DNA from: Hyalangium minutum
GTDB lineage: Bacteria; Myxococcota; Myxococcia; Myxococcales; Myxococcaceae
Assembly (NCBI RefSeq): GCF_000737315.1
Contig: NZ_JMCB01000002.1
Coordinates: forward strand, 124,001-188,000
Direction: 5' to 3'
DNA length: 64,000 bases
Both the position numbers and the translations under genes were made by a program. This document shows positions 9,693-19,572 of this stretch, piece by piece; the stretch's first letter is position 1, and each line of letters begins with the position of its first letter. The notes beneath the pieces were generated by a model. The model was given only the letters and a program-made list of their open reading frames with translations, was not told the origin of the DNA and did no database searches.

Positions 9693-10481
9693 TTGGGGGC
9701 TGTGAAGGCCATCATCTGGATATCGCTTTTTATGCTGGGGCTGGGAGGGGTGCTCTTCCCGGCCTATTACCTCTACAAGGCGAGCAAGCTGCCCCCCATG
9801 GACAGCGAGTTCGAGATCGAGAAGCAGCTCAAGCACGCCATTGAAGGCGATCGCATGAGTCTGGTGTCCGGCATGTACGTGAAGCCGGACCGGTCCATCA
9901 CCTTCAACCGTCCGGACTTCACGCGGCTGCCCAAGGACCTGGTGGCCATCTACATCACCCAGATGGGGTGCCCGCAGTTCTTCCAGACGCCGCGCGAGGA
10001 CGGGTTCGCCTGGGCCTGGCGGCTCTTTGTCGGCGCCACCGTGGGTGGCCAGCCGCCGGGAGATGGCGGCTGTGAGCACATCCTCGCCTACCGGATCGCG
10101 TGGAAGCTGGGGGTGCGCGATGAGATGGAGCTGACGGTGGCCTCCAACAAGCTCCACGCCTTCCTCCAGAAGGATCAGCTCATCGCGTACGACCTGGCCA
10201 TCATCCAGTTCGAGCGCGGCGTGGTGGGCGTGGAGGACGCCGCCTACAAGCTCTTCGGCCGCGAGCTGGACAAGCTGTCGCTGGCGGAGCTCGGAGAGCT
10301 GCAGCTGGCCCTGCCGCCGTACGGCTACTACGACGACCTGAAGACCTGCCAGAACGCGGCCATCATGAAGCAGAACCGCGACCTCGTCCTGAAGTACACC
10401 GCCGGCGTGGAGCTGCTGGGCCGCGACAAGGTGAACAACGCCCTCGCCCAGCCGGTCTTCTGCACCCAGCGCAAGCAGTGA
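9693..10481 (+). CDS. Transglycosylase (GT51)-like membrane-anchored protein, probably inactive
   Basis: N-terminal TM; GVVGVEDAAYKLFG..LDKLSLAE matches the GT51 C-terminal motif; no EDxxF motif. Confidence 0.6.
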   Translation: MGAVKAIIWISLFMLGLGGVLFPAYYLYKASKLPPMDSEFEIEKQLKHAIEGDRMSLVSGMYVKPDRSITFNRPDFTRLPKDLVAIYITQMGCPQFFQTPREDGFAWAWRLFVGATVGGQPPGDGGCEHILAYRIAWKLGVRDEMELTVASNKLHAFLQKDQLIAYDLAIIQFERGVVGVEDAAYKLFGRELDKLSLAELGELQLALPPYGYYDDLKTCQNAAIMKQNRDLVLKYTAGVELLGRDKVNNALAQPVFCTQRKQ

Positions 10482-10499
10482 GGTGCCGCGCTCCGGCGC

Positions 10500-12551
10500 C
10501 TACTTGCGGTTGAGGTACGTCCGCTCGAAGTTGCTCATCATGAACTCGACGCTGCGGCGGTCGTCGGCGCTGTCGGCGGCGGCCGCGCCCTTGCGGATGC
10601 GGTCGAACATGTTGCGGGCGGACGAGGCGTCCTTGATTTGCCCCGACTTGATGAGCCCCTCCATGTCGCGCCGGAGGCGATCCACGCTGTTCAGCAGCTC
10701 CTGCTGAGCGGCGGAGCGGGTGTTGCCCGGGCGGGGCGTCGTCTTCACGGTGCCCGGCTTGGACGCCTCGGTCGGATCCACGGGCAGCTGCGGCGTGGGC
10801 GTCGTCTCGGGCGCGGGGGTGGGGTTCACCGGGGTGCCCGGGTTCGGCGTCGGAGGCGTGATGGCTTCGGTGGGGGTCGTCGCGACCGGGTTGGCCGGAG
10901 GCGTCACCGGCGGCGTGGGGTTCGGCTGCGTCGGCTGCGGAGGAGGCGTGACAGGCCCGGTCGGCGTGGCCACGACGGGAGGCGTGTTCACCGGAGTGTC
11001 CGTCCCACGGCTGCGGAACAGCAGCACGCCGACGGCTCCCAGCAGCACCGCGGCAGCCACTGCGATGGGCACCACGCGCTTGTTGGGCGAGGTGAGGCCC
11101 GCGGCGCGCTTCTCCGCGGGAGAGAGCTCGGGCGACGGCAGCGGAGCCGGCGGGGTGGCCTGGCGCGGCACCGGCTCCTCGGCCTTCGCGGCCATGGGGA
11201 CAGGAACGGGTTGCTCCCCGGTCATGGGCGCCAGGGACACCGGATCCGGCGGCGCGGGCACCGCCGGGACCTTCACCGAGTCGGAGATGACGACGACGGC
11301 GGAGACCTCTTCGGTGGACGGAGCCGAGGCGGCGGGGGCGGGCGTGGGCGTGAGGGCCCGGGCAGGAGCGATCTGGGCGGCCGCGGCGGCCTGGGCCCGC
11401 GTGGGCCGCAGCATGGTGCGGCGCAGGCGGTGGAGCTGCTGGCGCAGGGCATCCGCGGAGCTGGGGCGAGCCTCCGGATCCTTCGTCAGCATCTGCAGGA
11501 TGAAGGCATCCAGCGCGGGCGGCAGCTCGGGCACGAACTCCGAGGGCCGAGGCGGCCGCGCGTCCACGTGCTTCATCAGCAGGTCCACCGGCGAGGTGCC
11601 GATGAAGGGCAGCCGGCCGGTGACCATCTCGAAGGTGACGACGCCCATGGCGTACAGGTCCGTCATCGGACCCACGGCCTGGCCGCGGGCCTGCTCCGGC
11701 GCCATGTACTCCGGCGTGCCCACCACCATGTCCGTGCGCGTCTGCGCGGTGCGCGCGGCCGCGCCGCTCTGGCCCTGCTTGGCGAGACCGAAGTCCAGCA
11801 GCTTCACGTAGCGCGTGCCGCCCGGCTCGCGTACCAGGAAGATGTTGCTCGGCTTCAGGTCGCGGTGCACCACGCCCGCGCCGTGCGCGGCGCCCAGCGC
11901 GGCCAGCACCTCATCGAGGATGGAGAGCGCCTCGGTGGGCGGCAGCCGCCCCTTCTCCGCCAGATAGGCGTCGAGCGGCTGCCCATCCAGGAACTCCATG
12001 ACGATGTACTGCCGCCCGTCCGGCACCTGCCCGAAGCCGAAGATGTCGATGATGCCGCGGTGGCGGATGGCGTTGACGGCGCGGGCCTCGGCCAGCAGGC
12101 GAGCCACCTGCTCGGGGGCCTGCGCCAGCTCGGGCCGCAGCACCTTCACCGCCACGCGCTTGCCAATGAGTGGCTGGATGCCGTCGTACACGAAGCCCAT
12201 GCCGCCCACGCCGATGCGCGAGCGCAGCTCGTACTCCCCGAGCTTCATGCCGATCAGCGGATCTCTCGTGGGTGGCTCTTCTCCCCACATGGCGGCGGTG
12301 GCCGCAGCGGCCTGAGAGTCATCCGCGGTGGGGCTGCGAGGAGGTGCCTCCTCGCCCCAGGCGAATGGGGCCGAGCGCCCGCGAGAGGGAGGCTCTTCGC
12401 CCCACACGTTCCGACGATGATCGATCTGGGTGCTCTCTTCGTCGTCTCGGGCCATGAAGGACGAAAGGATGACCGTTCCGTCCCGTGGGCACACGCCGGC
12501 GCCAGGAGGGACTTCCAGACCACAGGTTTCACACGTGCGCGCGGAGGCCAT
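10500..12551 (-). CDS. Membrane-anchored Ser/Thr protein kinase with N-terminal zinc ribbon and Pro/Thr-rich periplasmic tail
   Basis: CETC..CPRD, GVGGMGFVY, VAVK, HRDLKPSN, DFG, APE; TM segment VVPIAVAAAVLLGAVGVLLF. Confidence 0.92.
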   Translation of the reverse strand: MASARTCETCGLEVPPGAGVCPRDGTVILSSFMARDDEESTQIDHRRNVWGEEPPSRGRSAPFAWGEEAPPRSPTADDSQAAAATAAMWGEEPPTRDPLIGMKLGEYELRSRIGVGGMGFVYDGIQPLIGKRVAVKVLRPELAQAPEQVARLLAEARAVNAIRHRGIIDIFGFGQVPDGRQYIVMEFLDGQPLDAYLAEKGRLPPTEALSILDEVLAALGAAHGAGVVHRDLKPSNIFLVREPGGTRYVKLLDFGLAKQGQSGAAARTAQTRTDMVVGTPEYMAPEQARGQAVGPMTDLYAMGVVTFEMVTGRLPFIGTSPVDLLMKHVDARPPRPSEFVPELPPALDAFILQMLTKDPEARPSSADALRQQLHRLRRTMLRPTRAQAAAAAQIAPARALTPTPAPAASAPSTEEVSAVVVISDSVKVPAVPAPPDPVSLAPMTGEQPVPVPMAAKAEEPVPRQATPPAPLPSPELSPAEKRAAGLTSPNKRVVPIAVAAAVLLGAVGVLLFRSRGTDTPVNTPPVVATPTGPVTPPPQPTQPNPTPPVTPPANPVATTPTEAITPPTPNPGTPVNPTPAPETTPTPQLPVDPTEASKPGTVKTTPRPGNTRSAAQQELLNSVDRLRRDMEGLIKSGQIKDASSARNMFDRIRKGAAAADSADDRRSVEFMMSNFERTYLNRK

Positions 12552-12701
12552 CGGGGAATTCAGGGCTCGCAGCCTAGCAGACTGCGGGACTGTCGCCGAT
12601 CTGTCGATTCCAGGAAAGCAGGGAAGCAGACAGGCGCCTCGGAGCGCCTCGCCAACCCCCGTGACGGGTAGATCGCCCTACCCACACGCAGCAGGAGAGG
12701 A

Positions 12702-14330
12702 TCAGGGGCAGCCTGGGGAGTTGAGCTGCTGCCCCGGCTGTCCGGCATTTCCCCCGGTACCCGGAGCTCCACCTACACCGCCGTCCCCGAGCACCATCGT
12801 CGCGCTGCCGGTGTAGGCGGCATTCGGGCCGCACCAGATGCCCACGGAGGGCCCGCCGCCACCGCCGCCGCCGGGGCCGCCCGGACCCCCATGGCCTCCG
12901 GGGCCACCCGGGCCGCCGTCTCCGCCATAGGAGTTGTAGGTGGCCGAGGTGTTGATGCCGCGCGCGCCGCCGATACCACCGGGGCCACCGCCGCCGCCAG
13001 GTCCGCCCTCGCCGCCCTTGCCACCCCGGCCGCCGCCGCGAGTGATGAGCGTCGAGTCTCCCTCGAAGGAGACGTTGGATTGGACCAGCAGCACGGCGAT
13101 GGAGGCGCCACCGCCACCGCCGCCGCCGCCAGCACCACCACCACATCCGCCGCCACCACCACCGCCACTTCCACCTCCCGAGGCGCCTTCGACAATCGGG
13201 GCCGACTCACGCTTGCACGAGCCACCACTGCCACCGCCGCCGCCACCGCTGCCAGGGGTGCCCGGGTCCCCGGAGCCGCCCTGCTGGTTGGCGACCCACT
13301 GGGTGCCAAGCAGCTCGCCCATGCCCGAGCCGCTGGAGCCCGGCGTGCCTGCGTTGCCCGGTTGGCCTGGCAGGCCCGGCCCGCCCGTGCCGGCCGTGCA
13401 GACGATCAGAGGAGGGGAGGTATTGGTGGAACCCGCTGCACCTCCGGCTCCGCCCTCGCCTCCCAAGGCCGTTGGATTGCCCTTCAGCCCTGCGAAGCCC
13501 GCCGAGGAGTTGCCTCCCTGGGCGCCGTTGTTGCCATCTCCGCCTGAGACGTTCACCCCATCGCAGAGGGTGAGGCCACCGGCGCCGTAGCTCCCCGCGT
13601 TGGCAACGCCACCATCGCCGCCGGGGTTGCCCACGCCGCCATCCAACCCCTGGCTCCCATTGGCCCCGAGGGTCCCCTGTGCTCCCAGACCCGCAATGAA
13701 GGTGCTGTAGCGCAGCCGGATGTCCTGCGAGTTGATGACCTGCAGGGCAATGGAGGCGGTGCCTGGGGCAGTCGCGTTGTCGGAGCGGACGGTGAGGTGA
13801 TCCAGCACCGCGGGTGAGCTCGGAGTGATGTCCTTGATGACCAGACCGATGGGACCGCCATCCAGGAAGCTGGTGAAGCTGTTGCTGCGATCCCAGTTGT
13901 TGTCGCGCCCGCCATAGGCGCCGTACAGCGAGATCTGGCTGTCGATGGTGAGCCCTGGTTCGTTGTAGGCGCCCTGCGCGAGGTACACGCGCTTGGGCGC
14001 GTTGGGCGCCTTCGTACGCTCGAGCGCCTCGCCGAGCGTCAGCAGTGGGTCCTCGGAGGTGCCCGCGCCGCCGGCCCTTCCGCGGATCGGATCCACGAAG
14101 ATGCCGCCGTCGGCCATGCCGTCCACGCCGTCGCAGTTGCGATCGCGGAATTCGTCATCGGGCTCGTCGTCATCGCCCTGGAACTGACAGGCCACGCCGC
14201 CATCCGGTTTGACACAGTTGCCGGTGGTCTCGCAGCGCTGCTTCGCCTCATCGAAGTTGAAGCAACCCACGGCGGCGAGCACGCCCACCAGCGATGCCCC
14301 GATCAGGCGGGGCTTCCACGTATTCAGCAT
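12702..14330 (-). CDS. Gly-rich (PGRS-like) lipoprotein with Cys/Asp metal-binding motif and DUF1565-like region
   Basis: GAGGAG RBS before ATG 14330, lipobox LAAVGC, DRNCDGVDG, FVDP..G..GT..DPL motif, long GGxGGxGG tract. Confidence 0.75.
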   Translation of the reverse strand: MLNTWKPRLIGASLVGVLAAVGCFNFDEAKQRCETTGNCVKPDGGVACQFQGDDDEPDDEFRDRNCDGVDGMADGGIFVDPIRGRAGGAGTSEDPLLTLGEALERTKAPNAPKRVYLAQGAYNEPGLTIDSQISLYGAYGGRDNNWDRSNSFTSFLDGGPIGLVIKDITPSSPAVLDHLTVRSDNATAPGTASIALQVINSQDIRLRYSTFIAGLGAQGTLGANGSQGLDGGVGNPGGDGGVANAGSYGAGGLTLCDGVNVSGGDGNNGAQGGNSSAGFAGLKGNPTALGGEGGAGGAAGSTNTSPPLIVCTAGTGGPGLPGQPGNAGTPGSSGSGMGELLGTQWVANQQGGSGDPGTPGSGGGGGGSGGSCKRESAPIVEGASGGGSGGGGGGGCGGGAGGGGGGGGASIAVLLVQSNVSFEGDSTLITRGGGRGGKGGEGGPGGGGGPGGIGGARGINTSATYNSYGGDGGPGGPGGHGGPGGPGGGGGGGPSVGIWCGPNAAYTGSATMVLGDGGVGGAPGTGGNAGQPGQQLNSPGCP

Positions 14331-14338
14331 AACGCTCC

Positions 14339-15340
14339 TCACGGCCACGTCCCGACCAGACCCACCATGCCCCCACCGGGGCCCACGGTGACAGTGGGCT
14401 GCACCGGCTTTTCATCTCCAGGGAACAGATAAAACACGCCCGCCGTCACGAGCGCGGCGGCGCCCACTCCAAAGGTGATGCGGCTCAGGTTCTGGGCGCT
14501 GCGCCCATCTCTGGCGAGCTCATCCGGGTTTCGGATGGGGCTGTCGGGGCTGCCGCCCGAGGAAAGCTCGTTGTACTTGCTCCGCGCCTTCAGGAAGAAG
14601 AACGTGCCCGCACCCGCGGAGGCCACGCCCACTGCGGCGGGCGCCCAGGCCCAGCGGCGCAGATTGGCCTTTGGAGCGGGCTTGGCCGGCACGGGCTCCA
14701 CCACCGGAGGCGGCTTCACCAGGGTGTCGCCCGGAGGTGGCTTCACCAGGGTGTCGCCCGGAGGCGGCTCGGTTCCGCCCGTCGGAGTCGAGGGGGTGGT
14801 GTCGGGAGGCGGCTGTGGAACTTCGGGCGGTGCCTGCGAGGGGCGCAGCTGTCGGATCAGCTGCGGTACCACCGCATCCAGGGACTGAGTGAGCGCGTCG
14901 AGCATTCCGTCCTCTCGGACCCCGGGAATGAGGTTCTCGGACACGAGCCCGCCATCGGATGTCTTGTAGATCTTCGTGCCCACGCGGTAGCCGTCCACGC
15001 GTTGCAGCAGCTCGGCCACCAACACCACGTCGCTCTTGGCCGCCTCGCCCAGCGCGGTGAGGCACCGCAGCTCCGTGCGCTTGCACTTCAAGAGCTGGCG
15101 GCGCTTGGCGGAGGACAGCTTGCGCATGAAGTCCTTCATCCGGATCACCGTGAGGCCCTTGGAGCGGGCCTGCTCGGCGACGTGCTCCTGGGCGAACTCC
15201 ACGACGTGCCCCGGCACGCCCGCTGTGTCCGCGGGGGCGATCAGCACGGTGATGGGCCCATCCGCGGCGGCGGGCGCCTGGTTGAGCAGGACGAAGGTGA
15301 GGAGAAGGGGTGTCAGCACGGGGGGTGACTTTCTCCTCAT
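14339..15340 (-). CDS. Hypothetical exported/membrane protein with Pro-rich linker
   Basis: Signal peptide, Pro-rich linker, two hydrophobic segments, GLVGTWP end; 8 nt from the downstream lipoprotein gene. Confidence 0.7.
   Translation of the reverse strand: MRRKSPPVLTPLLLTFVLLNQAPAAADGPITVLIAPADTAGVPGHVVEFAQEHVAEQARSKGLTVIRMKDFMRKLSSAKRRQLLKCKRTELRCLTALGEAAKSDVVLVAELLQRVDGYRVGTKIYKTSDGGLVSENLIPGVREDGMLDALTQSLDAVVPQLIRQLRPSQAPPEVPQPPPDTTPSTPTGGTEPPPGDTLVKPPPGDTLVKPPPVVEPVPAKPAPKANLRRWAWAPAAVGVASAGAGTFFFLKARSKYNELSSGGSPDSPIRNPDELARDGRSAQNLSRITFGVGAAALVTAGVFYLFPGDEKPVQPTVTVGPGGGMVGLVGTWP
14704..14769. repeat. 27-bp tandem repeat (about 2.4 copies) encoding GDTLVKPPP
   Basis: ccggaggcggcttcaccagggtgtcgc / ccggaggtggcttcaccagggtgtcgc / ccggaggcggct. 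Confidence 0.9.
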
Positions 15341-15523
15341 GCTGCCACTCAAGCAAGACTGTGACTGCGCCCCAGGGCTCTCCCGGGCAAAGGCAGGCCC
15401 CAGGGCTGCCGCTCCCCGTTGTGCCCAGCCACTCTCCCTGTCCTGGAGGGCGGTAGGACACTGCCCTACTTATCTCTTGGGTTGGCTTCGCCTGGGAGCG
15501 GGCTTCGGGCCAAAAGGGCCGGT

Positions 15524-17374
15524 TCAGCGGCGCGGGCGGTCGGGCGGAGGAGCGCGGATTTGCGTCTTCTCGCTGTTTCCCGAGTTGGAGCCAGCATCAT
15601 CCTCCGCCTCGTCCTCGGGGGCCGGACGGGCGGTGGCGACAGGTGCCGGGCGGCGAGGAGGCACGCCAGCGGGGGGCCGGACGGCGGGGCTGGAGCCGGT
15701 GGTCGCCCGGTTGGGCACCCCTGCGGGCGCAGGCAAGGGGCGGCGGGGAGGGGCGGAGGCGGGACGAGAGGAGGCGGCCTCCGCGAGCAGATCCTCGGAG
15801 ATCTCCACCTTGGGTTCGTCCTTGGGAGGCATGCCCGAGTGGGTGGAGTCCTCCTGCGGCGCGCTGAGGTCATCCTCCTCGGCGGCGCGGGCGAAGGGGT
15901 TGCGGGTGGGCGGCGGCGTCTTGTCCTCGTCGGACAGGGCGTTCTGCGCGGGCCGAGGCGGGGGAGGGGACCGGGCCTGCGCCGAAGCGGGCGCCGGAGG
16001 CGGCTTCGCGGCGGACGTGGGAGCCGGCTTGGCCATGGAGGGCGGCAGGTTGGCGGGCACCTGCACCTGCGCGGCGGGTGCGGGCGGCAGGGCGGGTGCG
16101 GCGGGCTTGCCGTCCTTGGCGTGCTGCGCGTCCACCTGGAGCTTCTTCTCGAAGTCCTGCCACTGCTTCTTGTACTCGGAGGGATCCGGCCGGCCCTGCT
16201 CGCGGTGCTTCAGCGAGGGCGCCCAGCGCACCTCGTACGAAGAGCCCACCTGGAACGAGGGCGGAGGCGGCACGCCATAGGTGGCGGGGTCGAAGAAGGA
16301 CTCGTCCAGGTCCTGGAAGCCGTACGCGCGGGCCTTGGAGACGAAGGTGGGGACGATGCCGGTGGGCGCGTGGTAGCCGAGGATGTGGCCGTCCTCGTCC
16401 TTGGTCACCGGGGTGAAGACGAAGATGTCCTGGGTGCGGTAGTCGCCCTTCTCGTTGAGCGGGAGCACCTCGGAGAGGGCAATCGTCTTGCGGCTGCCGT
16501 CATGGAGACGCTCGCAGCAGACGATGAAGTTGATGGCGCTGGCCACCTGGGCGCGCACGGCGACCATGGGCAGCTCCACGGCGGACATGAGGCACAGCGA
16601 CTCGATGCGGCGCAGCGTGTCCGTGGGCGTGTTGGCGTGACAGGTGGCCAGCGAGCCGCCGTGGCCGGTGTTCATCGCCTGCACCAGGTAGAAGGCCTCG
16701 CCGCCGCGCACCTCGCCCACGACGATGCGGTCTGGGCGCAGACGCAGGGCCGAGTGCAGCAGGTCTCCCATGTCCACGCCGCCCTTGCCGAACTTGTCCG
16801 GCGGGCGGCTCTCGAAGGCCACCAGGTGCGACTGGTTGAGCTGGAGCTCCGCCGAGTCCTCGATGGTGAGGATGCGCTCCTCGTCCGGGATGAGCGAGGA
16901 GACGATGTTGAGCAGCGTCGTCTTTCCGGAGCCCGTACCGCCGGACACCAGCATGTTGAGCTTGGTGTGGATGCCCGCGTCGATGAGGCGCGCCATCTGC
17001 GGCGTCATCGACTTGTACTGGATGAGCGCGTCGATCGTCAGCTTGTCCTTGAAGAACTTGCGGATCGAGATGGTGGTGCCGCGCCGGGCGATGGGCGGAA
17101 TCACGACGTGGATACGGCTGCCGTCGGGCAGACGCGCGTCCAGGCGGGGGCGCTCGTCGCTGAGGATGCGGCCGACGAACTGCGCCATGTTGCGCGCGGC
17201 GCCCAGGAGGCCTTCCTCGGAGAAGACGGCGTCTGTTTTCGACAGGCGGCCCTTCTTCTCGATCCAGATGTCGGCCGGACCGTTGATCATGATCTCCGAG
17301 ACGGCGGGATCATCCAGGTACGGGAGGACCGGCTTGAGAAACGCCCGAAGCGACTCTGTGTACATCGAGGACAT
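15524..17374 (-). CDS. cpaF: CpaF/TadA family secretion ATPase with long low-complexity C-terminal tail
   Basis: DARLPDGSR, Walker A GGTGSGKTT, TIEDSAEL, LRLRPDRIVVGEVRG, MNTGH.GS..TCHA. Confidence 0.9.
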   Translation of the reverse strand: MSSMYTESLRAFLKPVLPYLDDPAVSEIMINGPADIWIEKKGRLSKTDAVFSEEGLLGAARNMAQFVGRILSDERPRLDARLPDGSRIHVVIPPIARRGTTISIRKFFKDKLTIDALIQYKSMTPQMARLIDAGIHTKLNMLVSGGTGSGKTTLLNIVSSLIPDEERILTIEDSAELQLNQSHLVAFESRPPDKFGKGGVDMGDLLHSALRLRPDRIVVGEVRGGEAFYLVQAMNTGHGGSLATCHANTPTDTLRRIESLCLMSAVELPMVAVRAQVASAINFIVCCERLHDGSRKTIALSEVLPLNEKGDYRTQDIFVFTPVTKDEDGHILGYHAPTGIVPTFVSKARAYGFQDLDESFFDPATYGVPPPPSFQVGSSYEVRWAPSLKHREQGRPDPSEYKKQWQDFEKKLQVDAQHAKDGKPAAPALPPAPAAQVQVPANLPPSMAKPAPTSAAKPPPAPASAQARSPPPPRPAQNALSDEDKTPPPTRNPFARAAEEDDLSAPQEDSTHSGMPPKDEPKVEISEDLLAEAASSRPASAPPRRPLPAPAGVPNRATTGSSPAVRPPAGVPPRRPAPVATARPAPEDEAEDDAGSNSGNSEKTQIRAPPPDRPRR

Positions 17375-17451
17375 GGCGGAGCAAGGCTAGCCCGAGCCGC
17401 GCCCTGAACCCAACATCCCGTGGTCGCTTCCCTGCCGAGGGGAGGGGCGGC

Positions 17452-18690
17452 CTACATCCTCCCGAGCGCGTGCAACCCCAGGCCGGCCACGGCCGCCAAG
17501 GCGATGACGGCCATGGGGGTCAGCCGGGCCTTGGAGCGGAAGAGGACGGCGAGGGCCACGGCGAAGACGAGCCCGGTGGGCACGTCATGCACGGCGGCGC
17601 GCAGCAAGGGGAGCGCGGTGCCACCAATGAGGCCCACGACGCCCACAGTGACGCCCTCGAGGAAGACGCGGGCGCGCGGGTGGTGGAGCATGCGCTCCAG
17701 CGGGTCATGGGCGAGCAGCGTCAGCCCGAAGGCCGGGGCGAAGATGCCGGCGGTGATCGCCAGGGCTCCGGCCAAGCCGCCTCCGAGGTAGCCCACGAAG
17801 GTGCCGAAGATGATCAAAGGAGAAGGCAGCACTCCGCCAAGCGCGAGCCCATCGAGGAACTGCGCATCGGTCATCCACCCGCCCCGAGCCACCGCGTCAT
17901 TCTGGAGGAAGGGGATGGCGGTGTAAGCGCCACCGAAGGTCAGCAGGCCGGCGCGCAGGCCGGAGACGAGCAGGGAGAGCGTGCTCGGAGGCGCTCCGTT
18001 GGGAGCGGCGGCCGAGGCGGTGAGCGGCGCGGCGCTCTCGGGGGCATGGAAGGCGAGGAACAGGCCCACGCCCGTGGCGCACGCGGCGGTGAGGGCCAGT
18101 GCTCCCGCGCGCGAGCCTGCCTGGAGAAGTACGGTGGTGAGGCCGGCCCAGATGAGCGTGAGGGCGAAGTGCACCCCGAGCAGCTGGGCCACTGCGGCCA
18201 GCCCGGCGATGGCGAGCAACGGGCGCGACGTGAGCGAGTGGCCGCCGATGCGGTGGACGGCGCGGACGATGAGGGCGGCGACGGCGGCCTGCACCATCGT
18301 GAAGGCGGCCTTCACCCAGGGTGAACCCAGCCCGAAGTGCACATAGAGCCACGAGCACAGGAGCATGAGCAGGAGTCCAGGGAGCATGAAGCCCAGGCCG
18401 GCCAGCAGCCCGCCCACGCGGCCTCGGGAGAGCATGCCGAAGTAGACGCACAGCTCATGGGCCTCGGGGCCGGGGAGCACCTGGTACAGGGCGAGGGCCC
18501 GGTTGAAGTGGGCGGCGCTGACCCACTTCTCTTCCTCCACCAGCTCCTGGCGGACCATGGCGATCTGCGCGACGGGGCCGCCCCACGCCAGCAGCCCGAA
18601 GCGCAGGAAGCGCCAGAAGAGGCGGGGGAGCGGCTCGGTGGGGACGCGGGGCTCGGCCGACACGGGGCCGTGCGCCTCGGAGGGATTCAA
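17452..18690 (-). CDS. chrA: Chromate efflux transporter (CHR family)
   Basis: Duplicated FG(L)xxxGG motifs (FGLLAWGGP, LLTFGGAY), QVLPGP and VLPSP; TTG start with GGAG RBS. Confidence 0.92.
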   Translation of the reverse strand: MNPSEAHGPVSAEPRVPTEPLPRLFWRFLRFGLLAWGGPVAQIAMVRQELVEEEKWVSAAHFNRALALYQVLPGPEAHELCVYFGMLSRGRVGGLLAGLGFMLPGLLLMLLCSWLYVHFGLGSPWVKAAFTMVQAAVAALIVRAVHRIGGHSLTSRPLLAIAGLAAVAQLLGVHFALTLIWAGLTTVLLQAGSRAGALALTAACATGVGLFLAFHAPESAAPLTASAAAPNGAPPSTLSLLVSGLRAGLLTFGGAYTAIPFLQNDAVARGGWMTDAQFLDGLALGGVLPSPLIIFGTFVGYLGGGLAGALAITAGIFAPAFGLTLLAHDPLERMLHHPRARVFLEGVTVGVVGLIGGTALPLLRAAVHDVPTGLVFAVALAVLFRSKARLTPMAVIALAAVAGLGLHALGRM

Positions 18691-18843
18691 GGTATCTCCA
18701 CGGGACTCCCGTGACTCTGCTGCCTCCCTCCCTCTCCGTCCAGCAACGAGCTTGTCAACGCCCGGCGGTGAACGCCTCCGCGCCGCTTTTTTACCCTACC
18801 TGCTACGTCCTCATGCTTGGATGGGACCTCTAGGGGAGGGTGT

Positions 18844-19518
18844 ATGCGGGAGAACCTACCGGCGGATTGGAGTGAGGTGTTGAGGGAGTCGCTGGAGTCG
18901 CCCTCGTTCCGGAAGCTCGAGCGCTTCGTGGAGGCCGAGCGCCGCAAGGCCATCGTCTATCCCTCGGAGGAGGAGCTCTTCTCCGCGTTCCGGCTGACGC
19001 CCTACGCCCATGTCCGGGTACTGCTGCTGGGGCAGGACCCGTACCACGGGCCAGGTCAGGCGCACGGGCTGGCTTTCTCGGTGAAGCCGGGAGTGCCCCT
19101 GCCGCCCTCCCTGGTGAACATCTTCAAGGAGCTGCAGAGCGACCTGGGGCCGCCCCTGCGCACGAGCGGCTCGCTGGTACCTTGGGCGGAGCAGGGCGTG
19201 CTGCTGCTCAACGCCGTGCTGACCGTGCGCCAGGGCGAGGCCAACAGCCACGAGGGCCAGGGCTGGGAGGAGTTCACGGACGCAGTCATCCGGGCGGTGA
19301 ACGCGAAGCCGGAGCCGGTGGTGTTCCTGCTCTGGGGGAACTACGCGCGCAAGAAGCGGAAGCTCATCGACACGCAGCGTCATGAAGTCCTCGAGTCTCC
19401 GCACCCCTCGCCGCTCTCGGCCTCGGGAGGCTTCTTCGGCAGCCGCCCGTTCAGCCGCATCAATGAGGCGCTCATGCTCCGAGGGCAGCCTCCCATCGAC
19501 TGGCACCGGGTAGGGTAA
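18844..19518 (+). CDS. ung: Uracil-DNA glycosylase (family 1)
   Basis: GQDPYHGPGQAHGLAFSV, PPSLVNIFKEL, VLLLN, HPSPLSA. Confidence 0.97.
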   Translation: MRENLPADWSEVLRESLESPSFRKLERFVEAERRKAIVYPSEEELFSAFRLTPYAHVRVLLLGQDPYHGPGQAHGLAFSVKPGVPLPPSLVNIFKELQSDLGPPLRTSGSLVPWAEQGVLLLNAVLTVRQGEANSHEGQGWEEFTDAVIRAVNAKPEPVVFLLWGNYARKKRKLIDTQRHEVLESPHPSPLSASGGFFGSRPFSRINEALMLRGQPPIDWHRVG

Positions 19519-19572
19519 CGTCCCGAGCATTCGGCGAGTCGTCGCGCGGTGCCTCTCTGCTAGGGTAGCCGC

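Noticed and set aside
12702-13700. PE-PGRS-like tract as a mycobacterial transfer
   Set aside because: No PE domain; Gly-rich lipoproteins of this type are common in myxobacteria.
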